From the NCBI GenBank assembly GCA_032718475.1, contig JAUCBJ010003086.1, positions 23,443 to 87,442 of the forward strand: 64,000 nucleotides of DNA, written 5' to 3'. The stretch comes from Nemertoderma westbladi (lineage: Eukaryota > Animalia > Xenacoelomorpha). Positions within the stretch are counted from its first letter, which is position 1. Every line of letters begins with the position of its first letter. The position numbers and the translations under genes are program-made. Under the pieces are notes generated by a model. That model was not told where the DNA came from and did not search any database. It saw only the letters and a list, made by a program, of their open reading frames with translations. Positions 11,796-24,721 of the stretch are shown one piece after another.

Positions 11796-12799
11796 CTGTT
11801 ACAAATTATACCAATCCAATATTAAAACTTGTATGATTTTCGTTTTCCATAAATGCCATTCTGCATTAGACGATTCGCCATGTGGTGTTGGGATCACACT
11901 TCAATATATATAAGATTATTTTCAAATTGTATATTTGAGGCCCTTGGAGTTTGATGATGGAAATTTAAATTAAATAAAATTTAGTATAATCATTTTTCCT
12001 AATTTAATACTTATTACATTGAAAACAATAGGCTTCTCCTTTTCCTCGCTACGCTCGTTCGGTAGATAAATGCACTCATTCCGGACTTTTAGTCCTGGGT
12101 TTTTCTTCACAAGACTTTTTGTGCAGGACTGAAAGCCTACTAAATCCGGAATTTACAAAATTGAGATTTGGGTATTATAATGTGTGTGAGTGTGGGGAGT
12201 TCCATAAATTATCAATTGCTGAAAATTATTCATAGTTTCAGTAGCTCAACTATCCATTTATTTTAAACAATTTATGTTCCATACGTGATATTTTTGTTAT
12301 AGGCATTTTTGTAAAATCTGGATTGCATTTAAAATGCTTTGCAGATCATTCTAAGAGCAGTGTTTAAAATAAATAAAAAATGAGTCTTCTTATCTTTTGA
12401 AAGCTACCGGTAGTGTTTGTTTAATGTTAGCTAGTCCTGCTGCGTCCTACTGTAGATCGAGTAAGGCGTTTATTTTGCAATTAAGAAGAATTAGTCCTTA
12501 CATATAGGAGGTTGTTTTCCGATGTAGGGTTGACAAAAAGACACTCATGGTCTTGATAATGTAGATGAATTGGTGAGGTATATAGCTGATCGCGAACTCT
12601 GGCTCCTCCCCCTCTGCTGTTAACCGGTAAGGCAGGGCGCTACACTAACGAAGTTGGCGCAACCTTAGCGGACTGACACTTAGGGGGTGGATCAATAATG
12701 ACAAATAGCTGTAGTTACGATTTTGACATGCTAATAACTTTGGCGAATTTAAAGCTTCTACCATGTGTCAAATACAATGAACACATCTCCAATCAGACT

Positions 12800-13079
12800 A
12801 TATACAACATTGGAGGTGTTTTATTAGACCCCCTGGCTTGACAATTGAACGGAACCACCTCCACTTTACAGGACATGCACTTTCGCCGTGAGGACCAGCC
12901 AGTGCATAATCTTGTACTTTGGCAGCCTCATGGAGTGAATAAGCATGGTGGATAGCCCATTACTTTCTTGAGACGCATCTTAAAGGACACTGGCCTTGAA
13001 GGTACAGATGATCTAGCAAATGTCATCGCTGATAGAGGGAGTTGAGGAGGCGCAATTTTTTCGACACAGCATTCTTAAT
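12800..13079 (+). mobile_element. 3' end fragment of an RTE-like LINE
   Basis: Degenerate translation L.F.GH..RREDQPVHNLVLWQPHG....G.PITFLRRILKDTGL; homologous copies at 19221-19402 plus 21072-21165 and at 61220-61413. Confidence 0.7.
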
Positions 13080-13140
13080 CTATATGTAACATATATAACG
13101 CAGCTGTAATGCAGCTTGCCGATAGTTGTAGTCGTACAGT

Positions 13141-15812
13141 ACTGCCGTTGTTTGGCAATAAACCCTATCTCAAAATTTTCAAAAAAAATTTTATTTGATC
13201 AATTGGGGTCACTTGACACGCTCTTTTCAATGAAACTAAGAAAAGTGGGGTGTTCCTTTCACGAAATCGGACTTTTTCAATCTTAAAACACCCCATGGCA
13301 GCATCTCAAATCAACAGCTTCGAGGCAAAACACCCCATACCTAAATTCGACCATATAGGGTGCTTTGCCTTGTTAACTCTGTCGACCAAATAACCCTATC
13401 ATTGAGTTAGGGTTTTTTGCCTTGCGCTTTACTTTTAAGCCAATCAATTAGTTAAGAAATTGACCAATCAGAAGTAATATCCTTTGTCATTTAATATTTA
13501 TTTACACTACTTAAAGGTAACTCTGTCTGGCGGGAAATTAATTTTAGTTATTTTAATTTGACCTGGCGCAAATTAATTTATCCTATCTAGTTATATTGAT
13601 TTTTGTTAGGAATTTACTCTTTATTACAACCAACAGTGTACTAACAGTCTTGTAAGTTTTAAGGGGAAATTGAGTTTGACAATAATGACGAGGAAGAGAA
13701 TCTGGATACGTTTTTTGGATTTATTATTACATGAAGTAGTTGGACGCCGGGCCTGGGATGGGTGATGTAGTGTTAGGTACTGGGGAAACGGAAGGTGAAG
13801 AAGATGGAGCTCTTGTTGGAACTGGGGGAGGTGGAATGGTTGTTGGAGCTGGGGAAAGTGCAATGGTTGTTGGAACTGGGGAAAGTGGAATGGTTGCTGG
13901 AACTGGGGAAGGTGGAATGGTTGTTGGAACTGGGAAAGATGGAATGGTTGTTGGAACTGGGGAAAGTGGAATGGTTGCTGGAACTGGGGTAGGTGGAATG
14001 GTTGTTGGAACTGGGGATGGTGGAATGGTTGCTGGAACTGGGGAGTGGAATGGTTGTTGGAACTGGGGAAAGTGGAATGGTTGTTGGAACTGGGGAAGGT
14101 GGAATGGTTGTTGGAGCTGGGGAAAGTGCAATGGTTGTTGGAACTGGGGAAAGTGGAATGGTTGTTGGAACTGGGGAAGGTGGAATGGTTGTTGGAACTG
14201 GGGATGGTGGAATGGTTGTTGGAACTGGGGAAGGTGGAATGGTTGTTGGAACTGGGGAAGGTGGAATGGTTGTTGGAACTGGGGAAGGTGGAATGGTTGT
14301 TGGAACTGGGGAAGGTGGAATGGTTGTTGGAACTGGGGAAGGTGGAATGGTTGTTGGAACTGGGGATGGTGGAATGGTTGTTGGAACTGGGGAAGGTGGA
14401 ATGGTTGTTGGAACTGGGGAAGGTGGAATGGTTGTTGGAACTGGGGATGGTGGAATGGTTGTTGGAACTGGGGAAGGTGGAGATGTGGTTGGAACTGGGG
14501 AAGGTGGAGTGGTTGTTGGAACTGGGGAAGGTGGAATGGTAGTTGGAACGGGGGAAGGTGGAGTGCTTGTTGGAACGGGGGAAGGAGGAGATGTGGTTGG
14601 AACGGGGGAAGGTGGAGTGATTGTTGGAACTGGGGAAGGTGGAGATGTGGTTGGAACTGGGGAAGGTGGAGTGGTTGTTGGAACTGGGGAAGGTGGAATG
14701 GTAGTTGGAACGGGGGAAGGTGGAGTGCTTGTTGGAACGGGGGAAGGAGGAGATGTGGTTGGAACGGGGGAAGGTGGAGTGATTGTTGGAACTGGGGAAG
14801 GTGGAGATGTGGTTGGAACTGGGGAAGGTGGAATGGTTGTTGGAACTGGGGAAGGTGGAGTGGTTGTTGGAACTGGGGATGGTGGAGATGGGGTTGGAAC
14901 TGGGGAAGGTGGAATTGTTGTTGGAACCGGAGAAGGTGGAGTGGTTGTTGGAACTGGGGAAGGTGGAATGGTAGTTGGAACGGGGGAAGGTGGAGTGCTT
15001 GTTGGAACGGGGGAAGGAGGAGATGTGGTTGGAACGGGGGAAGGTGGAGTGATTGTTGGAACTGGGGAAGGTAGAGATGTGGTTGGAACGGGGGAAGGTG
15101 GAATGGTTGTTGGAACTGGGGAAGGTGGAGATGTGGTTGGAACTGGGGAAGGTGGAGATGTGGTTAGAACTGGGGAAGGTGGAATTGTTGATGGAACTGG
15201 GGATGGTGGAGATGGGGTTGGAACGGGGGAAGGTGGAGATGTGGTTGGAACTGAGGATGGTGGAGATGGGGTTGGAACTGGGAATGGTGGAGATGTGGTT
15301 AGAACTGGGTAAGGTGGAGTGGTTGTTGGTTAAATAAATACCTTTCTTTACTTTTTGTATTTATTTGGGAAGGAATTAATTTTAGTCACCTCATCATTCA
15401 TCATTTTGACGTCTTGTTGACATGGCAATACACCCCAACTCCAGCAAGCTCTAAACTAATAATACGTGATACAAAATGCTCTACAAATCATGCTGGCAGA
15501 ACAAAAAATCACTGTTTTATACTAGTTTCTATGAAACCAGAACCATTGGTTAAACACCCTATCTCTAACAAATCAGCTTACATTGAATGGCAAAACACCC
15601 TATAATTTTATTTCATCCCTTTAATCCCTTTTCGTCATCTCTCACCATCTATTCTATTAAAAAAATCTAAGTTAGCCTGTTAAGTTCCCTTAGGACCCAT
15701 TATCAGCGATTTCTCACAATGTCTTCAATGTTGACTTAGGGGAAACGCGTTTAGGTTAATATCTCAAAATGTGTTTTTTTAGGATAGGGTGTATTGCCAA
15801 ACAACGGCAGAG
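13141..15812. mobile_element. Non-autonomous TIR DNA transposon (CMC/EnSpm-like) carrying an internal minisatellite
   Basis: About 28-bp TIRs CTGCCGTTGTTTGGCAATA(A/C)ACCCTATC at both ends; scattered subterminal GGCAA.ACACCC motifs; second copy at window start; no transposase seen; TSD unresolved. Confidence 0.75.
13765..15330. repeat. 27-bp G-rich minisatellite, more than 50 copies
   Basis: Unit GTTGTTGGAACTGGGGAAGGTGGAATG; explains all the overlapping repetitive ORFs in the track. Confidence 0.95.
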
Positions 15813-16349
15813 TAGTAGTATAGTAGTTAACGTTTTCATTAACGGTAAATTACTTTCCTTTGTTAAAGATATGTGTATCTTACCTAGGACAATAAGCTGT
15901 AATCTTTCAGATAAATCTGACATTATGCGCATGCGCGCAGTAGGGGCCTAATATATATTAACCCGACATTTTTCGCAAGGTTCGTTCTCTGTTAAACGCC
16001 CTACAGCTCTTCCAAACTTTTTGTTACAGTTTATATTGCTCCTCATTATGGTCGATATTTCGAGTAGAACGTTGGAATATTTTGCTTGGTATACCATTGA
16101 GGTGATATTACGTAATGTTAGCATTCAGGTAATTATTTTGCAAACCTGGTTTTCTCAATTAGTTTCTAATCAATGACAATTGTGCTATACTGTATGTATA
16201 TAATCTACCTACAGTGTACCGGTACTATGGGCTGAGTTCCCGTGAATATACAAATATTATAGTACAGTTGCAGTAGTACAGTATAGTAATTTGTAGGTAT
16301 CAATAAAAGTCGAAAAGTTGACATTTTGGACAGTTTCATACACTATCAG

Positions 16350-17195
16350 TACAACAGTCTCCCGCTAGAGGGCTACATGTCTAAACATAATATTTCTTTG
16401 ATTTTAATCGGTTCAAGTTGAAACTTGGGCAGATTTGTACTACAGTAGAATTAGACCATTAGCTGTGTCATTGAAGTTCATCTCAGAAATGTTTGAAAGT
16501 GATAAACCTTTTCCATTTCCTTGATATTAATCCGTTTGAGCTCCGATCCGACCCGATCTTGGAATAGATTTACCTGACCACATGCTGCGTCCTTTTGAGG
16601 CAGGTGATTCATCTACAGTTCTCCAGTCTGCTGCTAGATGGCGAAATGTCCGACAGTGAAAACCTTCTCTCCAATTTCCGTGATTTCATTTCCTTTAAGC
16701 TGAATTTTGGTATATGTAATATACTTATACTTATTGTAAGGAAATTTCCTGAAAATGTCGCAAATTTCCTTGACATTTTCCCAGAAATTTCCTATTTTAG
16801 AAATTTATTATATAAAGTTTACTGTAACTACGGGTGAAGTATACTTTTCCGGAAACTTCCTTGAAAAATCATATTTCTGAAAAACTCACATCCCTATCTA
16901 TACCAATATTTTGCGTCTTTGTGTAGAAGGTGATCGGTCCGCAGTTCTCCAGTCGGTTGCTAGATGGCGAAATATCTGAAAGTAAATACCTTCCACCGTT
17001 TCTTTTATTTTAATCCCCTTAAGTTTAAACTTGGCATATATTTATGTACTAGAAAACTGGCTGCTTATTTGTGGGACTATATTCCATCTACACTTCTACA
17101 GTCAGTTTGCCACAAGAATAAAACGTCGAAATATTTGAAAGTGAAAACCTTCTCCCATTTCGTTATTTGTTATCCGTTCAAGATGAAACTACCAT
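16350..17195. repeat. Diverged array of about five ~110-150-bp units (probable old transposon subrepeats)
   Basis: Recurrent cagt(t)ctc...gctagatggcgaaat...gaaagtgaaaaccttc...aag(t/a)tgaaact near 16355, 16470, 16615, 16940 and 17095. Confidence 0.55.
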
Positions 17196-18246
17196 GAAAG
17201 TCTATAATTGTTGATGCACTCACATCGAACGAGGTATTTCCTCAGTGAGGTTTTTCCACAGAGCCATGTTTGTACGTTAGTCCACAAAGATAACATTATT
17301 CTCACAAATATATCATTAAAAAGTAATATTGAAATTGTAGAAACCGCTGGTATTAATAAATTATACAATTTACATTCTTCATTTTCTATAAATATTATAA
17401 TTTTATGGAAATCAAACAAATACTTGAATGACGTAATGAACGCTACAGCGACACAAACTTCCTACCTAAACCCTAACGCTACCAGTTCGTGCGATTATTC
17501 AGTAACGTGTTACAACATTAGAACAACACCGATAACAAAATGTCTAACAATCACAGAGGCGATCTTACGACCATAGATCACCCGATCATAGACCCTTCAA
17601 TCCGAGGTTTCTCAGTTTGAGGCATCTCAGTCTCTTTAAATAAAATATTTTAAAACTTCACAAAAACATTTTGAGATCATAAGAAATTATACATATTACC
17701 GGTAGAGTTACGGATTACACCATATGGATTTTAAATTCGGCCACAATGTCAGATGAGAAGGCAGGGCCTATAATTTAATATACAAATGGTGGATTATGTT
17801 TGTTTTTTTGTTTACAAATGGTGGATTATTCAAATAGTTTCCTTGTGTTTGCAAAACACGTTCCAGTTAGGGAATCTGTTGGATTCTAGCCGTAGTACTG
17901 GAGCACATAAAGACAAACTGACAGGCAGTCATCACGGCTACGTAACGATTAATAGAAACTCACAAAATCTAAAGCTGAAACGAAATCCTACATTTATCGA
18001 ATTTACAATTGCCATAAAACCAGTTGTGGCGGTAGGATTATTAGCAACATTATTATCTTGGCGTTCTAATTTCTAACTATATAACCAGTTCGTATTAGCG
18101 CTGTAGTTGTGTGTAGGACTATTTTGTAGGAGTAGTATTTACTATTTAATTGTGTATAGACTAAAGGTTCCAATCCAATACTTTGTACAGTACGGTAGCT
18201 ACACACCACACACAATTATTAGAGTCTCTAGAAGTAATCAACTAAA

Positions 18247-18753
18247 TTACGGATGTAGATCCCCGTAGGCCTCCCGTTTAGTCTCCCTACCGGCGCGGTA
18301 ACCCACCCAACTCCGACGACCGACTATCTCTCCGACGAAGAACCACACGGCTATATCGGCACCCACGAACAACCCAGCCAATGATTCCCGAGTGGTCAAC
18401 ATCCGCCAGTTCCTCAACCTCCCAACGAACCGCTGGTGGTCCGCTACTATCGCCGGCCAATCTGACGCTTTGGGGGGTCCTAACTCCGCCGTCGCGTACA
18501 TCTTTAACGTATCCAGTCGCTCCTTCCCGTAATTCATCCATTCCTGCTCTTTCACACTCCCAGGGAATCTTTTATCCCCCGTTTTTCCCAACATCGGCGC
18601 GACCATATCCTTTGTTATCACTTCCTTATTGCTGCTACTCATTTCTTTTCCCGTGGTTGTTACTTTTTTACCCATTTTATTGGTTAATGACATGGCGCTT
18701 TTCAACATCTTCATCATCGTCTTAGAGACGACATCAACTCCCGCTTTAGACAT
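18247..18753 (-). CDS. ATP5MG: Mitochondrial ATP synthase subunit g, intronless, N-terminally extended (168 aa)
   Basis: YA..EL.PP....P, LT.RE.L....V......WFFVGEIVGRR..VGY with the GxxxG motif characteristic of subunit g. Confidence 0.88.
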   Translation of the reverse strand: MSKAGVDVVSKTMMKMLKSAMSLTNKMGKKVTTTGKEMSSSNKEVITKDMVAPMLGKTGDKRFPGSVKEQEWMNYGKERLDTLKMYATAELGPPKASDWPAIVADHQRFVGRLRNWRMLTTRESLAGLFVGADIAVWFFVGEIVGRRSWVGYRAGRETKREAYGDLHP

Positions 18754-19128
18754 TTTTATTAGTGTATAACTATGTTCCCATTCACCGGCTGACCGGTACT
18801 GGCAGTCGTACTGCGTACTGTCAGACTGTCGTAGGTTCGCGTACAGGCCGATCCTCGTAAGCCTTCAGATTTCAGGATTTATACAATTTTAGAATTATAC
18901 TACCGCACTACCGAAACTACAGTACAGCCAGTAGCTTACCACAGTAAGTAGGCTTACCACATATGGCAGTATGGCTGTATGCAGGTATGGTACAGTTACA
19001 GTTAGTTGTAGGTCTACAGGTCTACAGTACCTCGGATAGCTCTGTAGCGGATAGACTACTGAATTTCAGTATCTCCAGTCAAAAAAGTATAATACAGTAA
19101 TACATTAGGCCTAATAATAAATCTGACA

Positions 19129-19132
19129 ATGG
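19129..19132 (+). CDS. CFAP70: Candidate first coding micro-exon (ATGG) of the CFAP70-like gene
   Basis: acaATGG followed by consensus donor GTAAGT; phase 1 matches the acceptor at 21863, giving M-D-T-E-P. Confidence 0.5.
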
Positions 19133-19220
19133 GTAAGTATATCTTTCCGACCTACTACTACGATCGGCATGCTGCATTCCAGCTACATTATATTTTATAG
19201 GCCTATATTACATATATATT

Positions 19221-21165
19221 ATTCAGAATGGGATGCCGGCTTGCCGACAAAACTGCGCCTTCACAACTCCCTATAACCCATGACTTTTGCTAGATCATCT
19301 GCATCTTCAAGGCCAGTGTCCTTTAACTGTTTAAGATGCGTCTCCAAGAAAGTAATGGGCTGTGCTGTCCACCATGCTTATTCGCTCCATTATGCACTGG
19401 CTCCCAGGACGTCACGAAATAAATTGAACGTTCATTTGGAACATCAATGAAATATCGTTCAAAAATAGGTAAAAATTGATGACGTTGTGAGTAATTTACC
19501 AAATTGTGACGTTCACATTTGGTAATTTAACGTCCTAACTTTAACGAAATTGAATCTGAACCAAAACAAAGGAATATTGAACGTTCAAATTGCGTTCATT
19601 TATTTGTACCTAAATATGTACGTAGTTTGAACGTTCAAACATAATTTACTTTAATTTGTTATGTCAATGGCATGTTCAAACTTGTTCTTGACACAATTAT
19701 CTGACAAGTATCACTCAAAATTTACTTTTGAACCCAGAAAACGTTTATTGACAATAAAACAAAAAATAACCAAAAGGTAATAAAACATTGTTGCGCGGGT
19801 GTAGCCAACATGTATTTTACACATTTTTCTGTGGTATTGTTAAATAATTTACAATAGTTTTTGAGTTATTAAAAAAAATCAAGTCTCCCCTAAAGTCAAG
19901 TCTCCCTCACTCACCCTACATTTATTTTTTGTGTTGCTTAGTCTACTCCTTGTATGGTTCGGCTTATTCCTGGACTGATGGTTCCTTCCCCCCAATACAA
20001 AACAATTACTTTAAGTAATCACAAAATTAATCACACAACAAAACAGGAAAACACTGATAACCAATTCAATGCTGACACATTTTTATACATTTTAAACAAC
20101 AAATAACATCAAAATTCAAAAAGGTGACTCTCAGTCTGATTACTAAAGCTAATACACTACAGTATGTCACATAAAATTGTAATAAAATTATTACAATATA
20201 TTTGGCCTATTGAACCAAGAACATAACAACTGACCAATTGACCAAATACCATTAAATTTTGTTGAGATAAAGCAGATATATGTGCTTTGGAATGTACAAG
20301 CTTCTATTATGCATAGGGCCTATGGAATTTTTTTAAACGTAAAAAACATTATTTTTGATTTTACAGATTTATCATATTAAATACACCTTCCTTACACTTC
20401 AATTGCTTTTTGTGTGTTTTATTGTCTTTTTGAAAATATATTTTAAATACCAATTATAAGGTCTTAAAATTAATGAATTTTTGTAGATTCACCTATATGA
20501 ATAATATATTTTAGCTGAAAATAAGATAAATTATATAAATCTGACTAATCGAATGCGAATTTGTGGATCGTCACCATAAGATTTCAATGATACTCTCATA
20601 TCACTGTCGATTAAATATTTTCATACTGTACTCTGATACTTACTTCTCTAAATGTATAGGGTATTGTAGGTGTAGGGCCGTAGGATAGGGTGTACAGTAG
20701 GGATTGGATAAGGTTGGCTAACACACACCCCCCCCCCCCCCCCCCCCCTCCCCTCTACACAGAACATGCACACACAAGCAGTGATTGGTTGGTCTCACGA
20801 TAAATTTTTCCGTTTTTTCTACCATTGACCTATAACACACCAGAAATGAACGTCTAGTGAACACAGATCAAACGTCATTGAAACGTAGATTCATAACGTA
20901 TTTTAACGTTCAATTATCACTTCATTTAACGTACTTCTGACGGCCAACTTTGAACTATTGAAAGTTCAGCATCAATAGCATCCTATGGGAGAAATATAAC
21001 GTCATATGAACATAAATACAGAACGTCTGGACGAATAATGAACGTAAATTTACGTATTTGTGCTACCCGGGCTGGTCCTCACTGCGAAGGCAGTGTCCTG
21101 CAAAGCGGAGGCGGTTCCGTTCAAGTGTCAATCTTAGCGAGATTAATGGAACACCTCCGAACGCT
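19221..21165 (-). mobile_element. RTE-like LINE 3' fragment split by a nested DNA transposon
   Basis: 19221-19402 and 21072-21165 rejoin as ttatgcactggCTggtcct, the reverse complement of the uninterrupted copy at ~12891-12910. Confidence 0.8.
19403..21071. mobile_element. Non-autonomous CMC-EnSpm-type transposon (CCC...GGG ends, 2-bp TSD CT)
   Basis: Ends CCCAGG.../...CCCGGG, imperfect TIRs, many subterminal (G)AACGTTCA motifs at both ends, CT duplicated at the interrupted LINE site. Confidence 0.8.
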
Positions 21166-21862
21166 CTCCAAGCCGAAAACGCGTTACTAACAACCAGAGA
21201 TTGTGTATGTGGCTGCGTGTGCGTCAAAAAAGAGGAATACTGTAAATAGTTCGTTGTATAAACAAATACCTTGTAATTTATATAAAAATTAAATTTAAGT
21301 GAAACGTTTAATTTATATCAAAATAGGAGGTTGCTATTCGCCTTCCTAAGGTCATCATCCCTTTGCCTTAGGGGTGGCCGCGTTCTTGGCGTGGTCTGGG
21401 GTTCGGTGACGGAGCAGGCCTACTGAGTCCAGCCCTCACCACTTAATACTAAGCAGACAATGATTATTGTAATATAAATATTATGGTGCATGGTGGTCGG
21501 GTCTTATTATTATTTTAGATTTGATTCTGGTGCTGAATTTTATTCATCATATATATATTATTAGCCTATATGTTTACCAAAAAAAAATTATATCAAAATT
21601 CGATTTTAAGTGAAACCTTTAATTTGAGTCAAAATTAGATTGAAGTGAAACTTTTAATAACAAATAAACACTCGGAATAAGAAATGTCCACATTTGGGTC
21701 TTCCACTAACTCCAACGCATATCATTTTACGTTATAATCATTAAAAACCCAAAACCCTTGCTTTATGGCGATGGAAACGTAGTGTTGCAACATTGCATAA
21801 ACTGCGACTACTTTAGTTGTTGAACTTGAACGTTACAGTTTATTATCTTTTGTTCCCATTAG

Positions 21863-22221
21863 ATACTGAACCGGAACTGGAACGGTTGATAACGGAGACG
21901 AAAAGCGACGAACCAATGGAAACTAAACCGGAAGTTGTTTCAGATAAACCAGAAGTACCGGAAGTAGCGTTAGGCAAAGCGTCTCCGACAGGGGTTAGCG
22001 AGAAAGACGACGCGAAACACAGCGAGAAAGGAGGACTGCAAGCCGTGCCTGGTGGAAAACGGGTTAAAAGTCCAGTTGGGAAGAGAGGCCGAGCGCCGAG
22101 TCGAGTTCCAACTCCACCAGATGTGATCGAAGCGCCATTGGAACGGCCAATCACGCCGTTACCCGAGGCTACAATATTCCTACAAGCCGCTAAGTGGCTC
22201 CTTAGTGTCAAAGCTATACAG
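21863..22221 (+). CDS. CFAP70: CFAP70-like exon (charged low-complexity linker plus IFLQAAKWLLSVKAIQ)
   Basis: Polypyrimidine tract + AG acceptor, GTGAGT donor in phase 0; 3' end resembles the CFAP70 segment preceding the terminal TPRs. Confidence 0.85.
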
Positions 22222-22544
22222 GTGAGTGATTGTTGACTATTTTATGGCCCAAAACGGTAGTAAATTTCTGTAGTTCAGCGTAATTGTCTCGTTTACAAGT
22301 TGAAAATGGACACGGCGAATAAAACAATAGTGTAATTGGCGTTGGTTCGAATCTTAATAAAGGCCGTTTACTTTTCGTATAATTATGAATGCACTAGTTG
22401 TATCCATTATTTATTTATATTATTCATTTTTTATTACAAAACTCATCAAAGATTAATTTAGTAAAAGAGATACCGATAAACCCGATGTTCTTGGGCAAAC
22501 TGTTCCCAAACTAAAATGACGTCATATATATATTTTTTTAATAG

Positions 22545-22697
22545 TTTTGCGAAAGAGCCCTGAGCCACGAGTTGGTACAAGAGAACGCCGGTATCAGTAT
22601 CCCATACAACTTACTGCTTGGTCGGGTTAAACTTCACAAGATGGAGCTCGACGAGGCTGAACGGGCTGTAGAGCAGATTGTTAAACAGGATGTCCAG
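22545..22697 (+). CDS. CFAP70: CFAP70-like exon (FCERALSHELV...VKQDVQ)
   Basis: ttttttaatag acceptor, GTGAGA donor, 153 bp, phase 0-0, TPR helix. Confidence 0.88.
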
Positions 22698-23706
22698 GTG
22701 AGAAACAGATCAGATAGGGAGGGGAACTTTCGTCGCCATAAAAAACCCCAACCCCCTCCAAGGGAAATCAACGCAAATTACAACTGATTACTCGCAGAAA
22801 TACAACTATACCCTGTTCTATGTATTGACTTTAGTTTATTGTTTTGGTTAGAATAAACGTGGCAATGTAACCTGATCCTCTCCCTTAATTGATCATTTAA
22901 CATTGAGATCAGATATAAATTCGCTGAGATGGGATTTGCGTCAAGTCCCCCCCCCCCCCCCCCCCGCCTCCAATCTACTTACTCTAACTGGCGATGAGGC
23001 AGTTTAAATAAATAGAAAATATATCTGAAATAGTATTTATTAATCACCGAAATTACAACAACATACATATTACATTCAAATTACGACATTCAATAAACGA
23101 AAAAATAATGCCTGCTGCCCGATGTGACACTGTAACAATAAGTAAGTTACTGTACGATAATATGTGGCAGACAACCGAGCAATTAATAATTGAGTTACAA
23201 TTGTATTTATTAATATTCTAATATTCAGCTACCGGTATATTAACCAACAATATAGGGAAACGTAAGATTATAATTAATGGCTGAGTAAATAAGAACGAAC
23301 TAAATTCAATTAATTATTTCTACCTCCTTTAAAGCGTAATTAATTACTCTGGGAAGAAAGTGGTTTATGTAATATAACTAGAATTATAAATACAACGACA
23401 ACCACGAAGTCTTCTAGAGTGTGTTGATTAATAATATTTAATCAACAAAACGGAAGTTATTCGATAATAAACTTACCAGAAACACAAAGAACTCATTGCT
23501 TCCTTTCATTAACAGAAATTCAGAATTGTGAAAATATTTACAAAAAGTGAACCATTTTTATTTTTGGTTTCGACTAAGAACTACCATTACCTCTACAACT
23601 GTGAGTATTTAACTAACCTAGATAAATATTGCATAGCAAATAAGATACATTTTATTGCGCATCGTGTAAATAAAAATAATAAAGGAACGACTGAAGGAAT
23701 TTCGTT

Positions 23707-23919
23707 AGCGTCATTTTCGTCAGCAAAAGTTGTAGAATAATTCATAAAAGTTGTATAAATATTCATAAATACTCTAGAATACATAATTAGGATGACAATA
23801 ATGCACGAATGACTTTAGAATCTTATATAACTTTTTGAAATTTGATGAAACTTTCACGAATCAATATATATATAACTTTTAAGAATTTTAATATAACCTT
23901 TGCTGTCGAAAATGGTGCT
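23707..23919. mobile_element. Diverged MITE-like inverted repeat
   Basis: agcgtcattttcgtcagcaaaagttgta... pairs with ...tataacctttgctgtcgaaaatggtgct over about 55 bp. Confidence 0.6.
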
Positions 23920-24721
23920 TTATCTAAAGCTGAAGATATTATCAGAATTTGGATAAAATAATTTTAAGAAATGTTTAACAAACACATATAGGATTAAATG
24001 CCGCTCAGGCAAATATCAATATTCAAAACAAAAGGAGAAACAGGAAGTAGCATGTGATGTGATGCCAAAGAGAAACAGCAATTCCTTATATTTATACTTA
24101 TGCGTATAAGACGTAGATTCTTTAAACTTATATTTTCATATATATATAATATATAAATATGAACATATAAGTTTAAAGAATCTCCCACAACGCTTGTATA
24201 CTTGGATAATCTTTCCAAGTAATATATTATTACTATTACAATAAAGGTTAGTCTAAAATAAATGTTCATGCACCGGGGCGACAACAACTACAACAGTTAC
24301 ACACTACAACGATGAAAACCGAAATAAAAAATAGCAATATGAAGGGGGGAGCGCACTGTAGACATATTGATTTGCACCAACATGCGTAGGAAATATAGTG
24401 ATATTTACAACCTATAGGGCATAGCCTGCTAATTTATTTAACTAATAAAGCTAACGGGATAATATAAACAAGTAATATAAACAATAAATCACCTGATTTC
24501 AGTAGGTTGACATACTTTTTAATCTTAAGTAGGTTAACATACATTTTGTTATACAGAATAATACAGGGGATTATATTGAGAAGGATTTACTGAAGAGGTT
24601 AAAATTTAAAGGCCAGAAGGCTAGGTCTATCTCATTAAACATATTGAATCAACTGAACTCGTTAACCAAATGAAATCAGGCGAAATTAGGCGCTATCGCA
24701 ATTGAGGTTTACCTGATAGCT

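Noticed and set aside
13624-15337. Gly/Trp/Cys-rich, GTGEGG or mucin-like proteins
   Set aside because: ORFs appear in nearly all frames because the 27-bp unit lacks stops; they lie inside a TIR element and include a frameshift.
18287-18725. Alternative-frame and antisense ORFs over subunit g
   Set aside because: Shadows of the real CDS with no independent motifs.
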